The translations under genes and the position numbers were made by a program. Shown piece by piece: positions 55,301 to 64,000 of a stretch of DNA of 64,000 nt; position 1 is the first letter of the stretch, and every line of letters begins with the position of its first letter. The notes under the pieces are model-generated. The model ran no database searches. It was not told where the DNA came from and saw only the letters and a list, made by a program, of their open reading frames with translations. The DNA comes from Balanoglossus misakiensis (taxonomy: Eukaryota > Animalia > Hemichordata). Where the stretch lies: contig CM082584.2 in assembly GCA_040954595.2 (NCBI GenBank), forward strand, positions 7,831,919-7,895,918, given 5' to 3'.

Positions 55301-57755
55301 AGAGAAGTTAAACGGCATCGTGCGCATTCGTTTCTAGGCAACCGGTTCTTGTCTACTTGCAAATACACCGTGTACAACTTTGCGCAAATTAGGATTTCTC
55401 ATATTGTTGTCGTTTGGGGGGGGGGGGGGATTGACGAAAAAACTATTCCAACGCCCATGAAACTCAGTGCGGTTCACCCCGTGTAAATGTTTTCGATGGA
55501 GCGGATGCGTCATTTACATTGTATATGCATATATTTATTTCACGCAAGGAAGATACGGGTCATTGGCGTGACATCTATCGAAAACGAGGCTTCAAGTAAC
55601 AGAACGATATCGATTGAAGTCGGTGATGTAAGACCAATTATAAATTTCAACCCTGACTGGAGCCAGTCTTACCGATTGTTTGCATTTTGATAACCCCGTT
55701 GTTTTGGACCAGAATCCAATAAGATTATATTGATACAATGGCTTCTTTCAAATATTTGGACTAAGTTTCCTTCTTTTTAACTTTCGTTTCCCCCCCGAAG
55801 GCAACCATGGAAGCTTACAAAAGCGAAGCGTATTTTCGATCAATAGCATTCCTTTAACTTCGAGTGCGTCAACGGCTTCCCGATCGCCTTCCGCTTTCAT
55901 TTGGGCGGGAATTAATCTGCACAACCTAGAAAGTTTTGTCGTTGGTGTCGCTCTGGGTAACCGCCGACCCCCGAGGCTGTCTGGAAAATCGCTTAAGCGC
56001 AATTTCTTGTCACACGTAAAGCCGTGTGTATCACCCTCCAGGTTTAAATCACCGAAGGTAAAGATTCTGTCACATGCAATAACTGACGTGACCAGGTTAT
56101 ATGGGATAGCTTCCGCACCACAGGGCACAATTTTGGGCGGACCGATTGATTTTGTACTTTTTTTTTTCATTTTACCGCTGAGCAACTAAGAGGCTGCACC
56201 TAATTAACCTTTATTTAGACATTCTTAATCTATGAACACCACTCGATTCTGACAAAGCCAGCCCCCGACGTTTACCCTCAACGCTACAAAAAGCGCGTAT
56301 CGATTGCTTTTCAGAGCCCCATTATTACCAATAATGGCGGCTCGCCTAATTTTGGCTAATCCACCCGGCAACCGAAGAAAACAAAAAACTCCGATGACTC
56401 GGGAGCGTAGAGTGGAAATAAGCGACTTTGTGCGTGTTCATATTAGGGACAACAAGGTCCAAATTTGAATTTCACGATGGCATTTTTGGAATGAGCTTTC
56501 GCGGCGACAGAAATTGGGCTTGTGGGTCGAGCGTCATAAATATTTAAAGACAATCGACGCCGCGAGGACTGGGAGACACCTCCTAAGTTGAGGGGCCAGG
56601 CGAAGACATCGCCTCGCGTCATTGTCCTATCCGAGTGCGGAGTACACATTTAATCTGTCACTGAACCGGAATTAAACCACTTATTAAATTGTGTGTACAA
56701 AACACGATGGTACACTAGGGCAGCACGGCTTACAGTGGTCTGATTGCATGTGTACCCAGCCGCAACTCCTCAGCGAATATCGTGTCGACATCAGACAATC
56801 CCGTCATATCTCTAATAGATAGATAGATAGATCACATCCAGACCTTTCCATCCTTCGATATCAAAGAATAGATCTGTGAGATACTCCCGGTTTTAGAGTA
56901 AGGCAATCAAACTTCGGAATTTTTCCTTGGACGAGCGCAATTTGACAGCCAATTCAAGTGTCTAGAATGAACGTGAGGTCATTTGTCCCAGAGGCCAAAA
57001 CACTTTACATGTCGACGCGTAATTTTCATCGCTTTTCACCTGAAAGCAAAATTAACGTTTCCTGGCGAGAGCAAAGGAAATCGGACCCGCTTTTTTCGGT
57101 CATCCATTGAACGTGACGAATGGAACGTGACTGGTTAACGTTGTTCCTCGCCGAACAGTGAAGCAATGTGATGCCAGTTAGATATGATGCACATACAAAG
57201 TTTTGGGACTTTACTTTGGCCTGTAATTGATGTTGCCGAAACCGTTAAGAAAACCATTCAAACAAAAACACACAACCAAACAAAAACACGCAGAACAAAA
57301 CAAAGCTGTATCTCTAATCTTTTACATCTAGAATATCGCACGCAAAAAAACGCGACTCATATCGGTTCGGTTTAACGAAAGACCAAAGTTAGAAAGTGGA
57401 TTCGAAAAGAGAACGCATGAAAACGGAGTTTGCAGCTTACAACTCCGGACTGAATGTGTTTAAAGATATTGAAAATATAACAAAATCAAATACACTTTGG
57501 TTTTTCCTATTAAATCACATTGATGATTTTCTTGTAAATTCCCAAAAGATACATACATGTACACGCCATAGAAAGAGGGACTACGAAAGCCCTGAGTCGA
57601 AAAAAGCCCAACTTGTCGAGTTCTTCGCCGGGGGTTACCTTCCTTTGGCCAGAACAGTATCATCGATTTGCGTTCATACAATAAAAAATATGTCCGGCGG
57701 TCCGAGAGATATTTTGAATGGTTTGCGGTTCAATTAACTAAGTAAATGTACTCAC

Positions 57756-58160
57756 CACGGACACATCGCCGATGACAGCAGGTGGTTAGTTTCAGTATGT
57801 CTGTTTCGAGTGTCAATTTCACGCGGATGTAGTGCCGGATCACCTCATTACCTGGCTCGGAAGTTGAAACTAACATGCAGCCCGTAAATCCCGTGGACAG
57901 AGGGACGCACCTACTTAAGTAGTCGCGCCGGCCCGCTCAACAATGCACCGCGCTATCGTTCAGAATCTTGACATGTAATTTATGCAAGTCGCCCGTGAGA
58001 TAGACCCCACGCTGTGAAAACTCGATCGCGTGAGAGTTAAGGGTGTCTTCATAAACTGTTGTCTGTCTACTGACTCTGTTCGGGGTGTTCTCTCTAGTCG
58101 ATCGGAACGAGCTGGCCAAGCCTAGCCAGCAGTCGAGCCGTCGACCGAGAAGCGCATGCA
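57756..58160 (-). other. Possible non-coding 5' exon/promoter of the GPCR
   Basis: Strong GTG|gtgagta donor at 57755 in a CpG-rich segment; candidate acceptor gatgcag at 52490-52492 upstream of the GPCR ATG. The linkage is inferred and the upper coordinate is approximate. Confidence 0.3.
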
Positions 58161-61100
58161 CCACTTGAGGTATTGGTACTTGTTTCGGTCACCGGGCCAG
58201 GCACAGTGCGTTTTCTGGGCATCGGATTTCATTCTCACATCTGTGGTGATAACTTCACATCCCTTAAGCTTAGTAAGGGGTAGACTCTGGAACGACGGGG
58301 GGGGGGGGGCTGCTCATCATCAGATGTAGCCTCATCATTTCTGTGCGTCAAGGCCTTCTGTCAATGGCGATCATTACAATCTATCAGCAAGGTGAAAGTC
58401 CCGCGTGTCCCATTTGCGCTAATCAACGCTTCTGTCAAAACGCTCGCCCTCATTATGGAGTGCCGCGTTAGTGACTGTGAGCGGCGATCATTTTGTCACC
58501 CGGATCCTAAATTGTTCTGGTCGTGCACTGTTGCTTCCGGGAAAAACAGGCTGCGAGAGAAGAAAAAAATCCAAACAAATGATTCTCCTTGAAAACATCC
58601 TGATCTCAGTCGCAAACAATCCTAAAAATAGCCGGGGTGCCAGCGGTGTGATGGTCATCATTACTGCGATAATGACTGAGGCCGTGATTTGCCTCTAAAC
58701 AGCACAGATGTGTGACACCGTCCTCTTTCAAACGGCGGAAGAAGCTTCCGTATACCCCTGTCAACTGTTCTCGAGCCATTCAGACTTGTACGAAGACATT
58801 ATCCTCGATCCAGGCAGGCTCATTAATGCAAACTGTAGGAATTAAAGGTTAATTTAGTAGCGGAAGCGAAAGACATGCTAACGCGTTTGGAAAAAAATAT
58901 AAGTCGTTTATACTGGAAAGACATATCCCTATACTCGTTCGATGGATTTGCTACATGATGTTCCTCGACCATTTGACTAGGAATACGAATCATTATATCT
59001 GCCTGAATGACTTTTTGCCATACATGTACAAACAATTCAAGGTTCTTCGTGAAAATTGGACTTCGTAATTACGCCAAGTTGTCTTGCCCGCTTCGTCGTT
59101 CACCGACCAGAGATGATTTGAAAAACACTGTAAATGATGCATGGAAGACATTTTATTCTTTGATTGATGTTCACGTAAGTTTCCAGGCGCTTTCTTGCTT
59201 GGTGTTCAAAACTGGCTCTCTCCCGAGACCGCCAGCGGCATACGGCAACAACAGACCTTAGACCATAGGAGATGGTTCGACTGAATTCAGTACCGAAACG
59301 GAAGTTTGTAACATATTTGTCGATGAATATAACCCTTGAAATCACTTTACACACGAAAAAGAATAATTGCCAAAGAAATATGTAAAGTCCAGACCACAAC
59401 GGATTAGTAATCACTCATCATAATCGTTGGCGCAAATTATACAAGACGCGATTAATGGCAGGGATACATCCAGTTGTACTTGTGTGTCCCTAGACAGTCG
59501 ATTTTTTACTGAACAAATTTCGCCCACTGGGATGCACTAATGTCCTATCAAACATACGAGGTATTATTGCGGAAAACAAAACAAGTATTTGTTATCGGCT
59601 CCGCAAATGAGCCCCTTGACGGTCATACTCTCCGCCATGATACATGGTACCTTTAACTTATAGGGAAGTCATGCCACAACAGCGTGTATCTCCGTAACAA
59701 CTCAGTCGTGCGGTGGATTGACATAACCAAGCGATGTGATGTCACTTCTGGGTAGTCACGTGGAAGTACATATATAGAAACGGATCGATCGCTGGAGTTG
59801 ATTCAAGCCGGTAGATTTTGTTAATAAAGTCACACCGACTTCGTCACGTACGCGCATGTGTTTTTTTTTTTACGGCACGTTTAAAAGGCCCGGGTTCTTT
59901 ACCACCTTTATTTGGAAACGAATCGATTCAAATTGATAAATAATGCAACAGAAAACAAACGTCTTGCACCGAACAAACGTCCAATGTCAGAAAAAAATAA
60001 CTACTGCAAGAATCGTGGCATTGTGGGCGGCATATTTGATGTTCGAGGAATCCACTTACAGTTCGAAATTAAAGTAAGCAGTGTACCCTGCGATGAACCT
60101 TTTCTGAGCATGAATGTATGAAAGCAAGACTGGCAAGCACACATATCCTGCTATCGCCGCGGCGTCCTATGACGTTTAATGCATTATAATTGCTACTTTT
60201 GTGCTACTATATGTTAATCCCTGGTTCTCGCATAAGTTCTCGCCGATAGTCGACGTTTCTATATATGCTAGTTCCTGACCTATTGAAAAATCTATCAAGT
60301 TAACCAATTTCATGATTTTGCTTTTTGATAACGTTGATGGAGAACGCGCACCTTTTTATTCAACATTTGAACAATACGGCCAATTGCAGGCATTCATGGG
60401 TCTTTCTGCTACTGAACAGGTACCACACGATTTTATTAATATAAAACTTGCTGTATTATCTTTGTATGTGGGCTTACTTTTCAGAATATACTGTCTTAGA
60501 GAACTACACGCATGTTCTCAATCTGTTACTTACGCATGCGTAGTTGATTTAGCGATTCTCTGAAGTTCTAAAATTCTCGTCCCATTTGGAATTCAATTTC
60601 CCCACAATCAGTGACAAAGCTAACTCTACACATACACGGGCTATTTTGATAAGCCAAATACCGGGTATTTCACCGTGCCTTGGGGATCAAAACAACCAGT
60701 CGCAGCAGAAACTCAACGCAAAGCTTCTGAAAAAATAGCCAAAGGTTACACGCGCCCACGCAAATTGTCACGAAGCAACGTTTCATGTAAACTGGGCCGT
60801 CATACCCCATCAAAGCCCCCTCGCCCTGTGGAGATAATGTCGATTCAAAAATCGTGCATTTGACGATGTCACACGATGGTTACAAGCTCACAACGTCACG
60901 AGAAAGGAGGAGAGAGGAGACAATAAAATATGGCGTCGTCGGTCGGAATTGCAAGATGGCGGAAGATCCATGGAAACAAGTGCAATTCTGCGGACGTCGT
61001 TCTACCTCAGACACGGGATCATCACTCAAGCCCCACCCAGTACTCATAATGAACAAAAGCAATTTTAGTAATTGAAAATAAAAATCTATAAATGTACAGC

Positions 61101-64000
61101 TCAATTTCTGATTGAATACTGAAATACGTGATTGCATTTTCTGATAGCTGTATCGCGACGCCGAGAAAAAATAAATATTTCAGGCAAACGACGCGAGTTG
61201 TCGTTCTCGCGAATTACCCATCATTTGTCAAAGCGTGCCTGGAAAATGTCCTCACCATGCAAAATAAAATTACAGGCCGTAGAAACGCCGATGGCTCCTT
61301 GTAGCTCACGAAATTGACGACTTACGTCTACGCCATGTTTTATACTCAGGAAGAAAAGTAATATGATTTTCTATATAAAAAATGAAATGTTGTTAATTTG
61401 AGAAGAATTTCTTCTGCAGGAAACCACGATGACAATATTGTTATATTGGTATATGCATCAAATTCGATGGGAAGAATTAACTAAGTATATTTTTTCACAA
61501 CCAACGTTATAACTGATGGCATCGTGTTGTAAGAAACCTTCACATGTGAATAAAAGTGACAAAAATAGACATCCCCGTTACCTAATGCAAGGAGAAGAAT
61601 ACCACGTGATATATACTCCATCACGTCAACAGGAAATGATAATAGCATTGTTCCATTCAAAAAATGGAAACGATTGACGTCGTTAGCATAAGGCGGGCGC
61701 CAAGGCTAAATTGTCCCATTTGATCAAAAATATCAAAGGTTGAATTTTCATATGTCAAGAGTCAAAACGTTATATTTATCGTTCTTTATCTTGTATGTTG
61801 TTAGGACAAACACTCAGTGCCTTTATGGCATTGACTGTATACAATTTTTGTAACCAGAGTCTCTTGTTTGGCACATGCGCATACGACGACCGTCACCACC
61901 AAGTGTTAGAAGAAGAGTAGAACGGATGCATGTCTCAAAAACATAAAACCACTATTTTGTCTGTGATAAAACTGAAGGGAGAAATATGTAACAGGTTGCT
62001 CGCTCTCGCGCTTGCTTCACGAGAAACATGTTTACACGAACATACATTTTTATCTAGCTTAAACAGCAACGATTCCATACAAATTTCCAAGGACGCTTTT
62101 CTTACTCGAACTGCAAATAGCCTACAGATCATATCGCACTGATTGTATTGCAAATTTAATGGCTCCTGCCTCCCTCGTTAAGATTGTCGGGGAGATGCGT
62201 CGACGACGGAGTGTTGCACAAATTAGGACCGAAGTGACACGAGGTGAAATTTTAATGACTATTACCCTATACCTCCCTTGGATCTTTTTTTTGCATCTCT
62301 CGTCATACGTGAACGAGCACACCGCCTTGTCCCTCCGCAGAGAGCGATCAATATTAGTCCGGGAGAAATGTCATGGAACGTACACATAAACACTGTCTCA
62401 CAGCTCAGCTTGCAGAGGCAGGCGGACCCATGGGAATAGGATACAAACGAGTAAGCTACATGTAATTCTCAAAGTGTTGTCTGCGTGGAGATGAAACGAG
62501 AACGAACATTTATACTTTGGATTTGGGTAATCCGACATAATTCAGTTCCCATCTCCGACCAGTGAGCTAATCCGAAGACAAAGTTCCCCAAAACAAACCA
62601 AATTGCTCAAACCAACACATTATTTTGCCGCTATCGTTTCACATTTCAGTGCACTGCACTGCGAAGGTAAAATCAGCATATCTACTTGGCGATTTGCATC
62701 GAAATGTTCGAGGCTAGAACAATGCTGTGAAATGTTGGCCTTACGGAAATTTGCATAATTTGTTTTCACCATACACATATTGACGTGCTCCGCCACCTGT
62801 TTGCAACTTGAAGTTTTCGTAATGGCGGAGGACCATTTCATTACATTGGTCAGTTGGCAGCACCAGGACAAATGTTTCTCGCGAATGTTCTTCCTTGGGC
62901 ATTGAGTTATCTTGGAAAGGAAGGCACTCTGAGCAAATCGACACCCTGACAAGTTCTTCATTGAGTTGGAAAGGTGCGAGAAAAACACTGACACTGTTGT
63001 GTATACGTGACCAAGCTTGCAACCACGGCGGTAAATGGAAATTATAAACCAGTCTGAACCAGATCTACATTGCGACTTTCCTTGCAACACAAAGATGAAT
63101 TTAGAAACAGTTTGTTGGTCAACTTTCGCATTTTAAATGACGTGCCTTTATGACAGCATATTGAAAACGCCAAGCCGTTGAACACACATTCATTAATTAA
63201 TCAAGGCGTGACACCGCATTTCAACACTTACATAGGAGACAAATTTGTTAAAATGTCCCGACGGCTTGCCTCTTCGCGGCACTCAGTCAGTCGTTGCCCA
63301 TACCCCTGGGACATTTTCTACATTTTAATTGTCCTGTAATGCACGATAATGAGATGTGTTTACTCAACTGATGTTATCGTGAAAACTGACTTGATTGAAA
63401 AGCCTCCGAACAGACGAAAGCAGGATTTCCAACACAGCTTGGTACAGGCACAGTCCCCCTCACGGGAAGTGTAGTCACGTACATGCCACGGCGACAGCTT
63501 GACCTGTGATGTGATATCCGTCTTGCTTGCGTTGCCGTGGCGATTCACATCACCATGGCAACACATCCAAGCCAGCAAATCGCCATAGGATGTAAACCGG
63601 TCGCACCAGTGAAACGAAGTAGTAAGCTTCAAATGAAATATTCTACATCTGATATCTCGTAGCCTGGAGCCGAGCGGGCTTTGTGGTTATTCTGAATGCA
63701 CTCAATGTGTAAAGATATCGAAAATGCGCTCAATGGATTTTTCTACTGTAAGAGTTCAAAAATATACACGTACGCACCCTGCACACACACACATCCATCT
63801 TAACCCTCCCCCCCCCCCACACACACACAAACACGTATACCCTCACTAACACAAAACGTCTCAGATATGTCCAGGCGAATTTCAGAGATCGCATGAATCG
63901 GAGAGTTGCCTATGCATCCAAATGAAAACCTTGGGGCGCTTGCAATAACTGTAATGCACCCATAGAAAAGAAATCAATGTAATCAATTGCCTCCCATACC

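Noticed and set aside
5151-58308. Scattered poly-G/poly-C tracts (about 5152, 5416, 16815, 17557, 32748, 33486, 43723, 55416, 58297)
   Set aside because: Simple homopolymers with no consistent position relative to genes.
52600-64000. Numerous 60-156 aa ORFs upstream of the GPCR
   Set aside because: No motifs, coding-like composition or splice-consistent chains; treated as intronic or intergenic.

Overview
Eukaryotic nuclear DNA from an invertebrate animal: AT-rich, with GT-AG introns and MITE-type repeats. A marine deuterostome is plausible but is only an inference. There are no prokaryotic features, CRISPR arrays, rRNA or tRNA genes. Three co-oriented minus-strand genes can be built by hand with consistent splice phases. 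(1) A receptor guanylyl-cyclase-type protein with 12 coding exons from 33959 down past position 1: signal peptide, an unusually short Cys/His-rich ectodomain of about 220 aa that is not ANF-receptor-like, one TM helix and a pseudokinase domain. The cyclase domain would lie outside the window. (2) A 437-aa disordered basic protein (40312-41625) with an RVxF motif, many PKA/PKG sites and a C-terminal EEIKGCRYIR motif. (3) A prostanoid-type GPCR (52326-48314, 3 coding exons, two possible C-termini). The most striking observation is a candidate spliced small gene on the + strand inside a cyclase intron (exon ending 20929, exon starting 24778). Its most protein-like frame, ...YRQR|LFHNILVGSVAITQQRGPTF*AVRPKP...GQCINIYALLRTHQFAKT, has an in-frame UGA and no nearby in-frame AUG. 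That suggests recoding (readthrough, A-to-I editing, non-AUG start or +1 frameshift) or recent pseudogenisation. Other candidates are an internal first exon and a 12-nt microexon of the cyclase, about a dozen RFX X-box-like motifs, and several MITEs. All work was done by eye; no searches were run.
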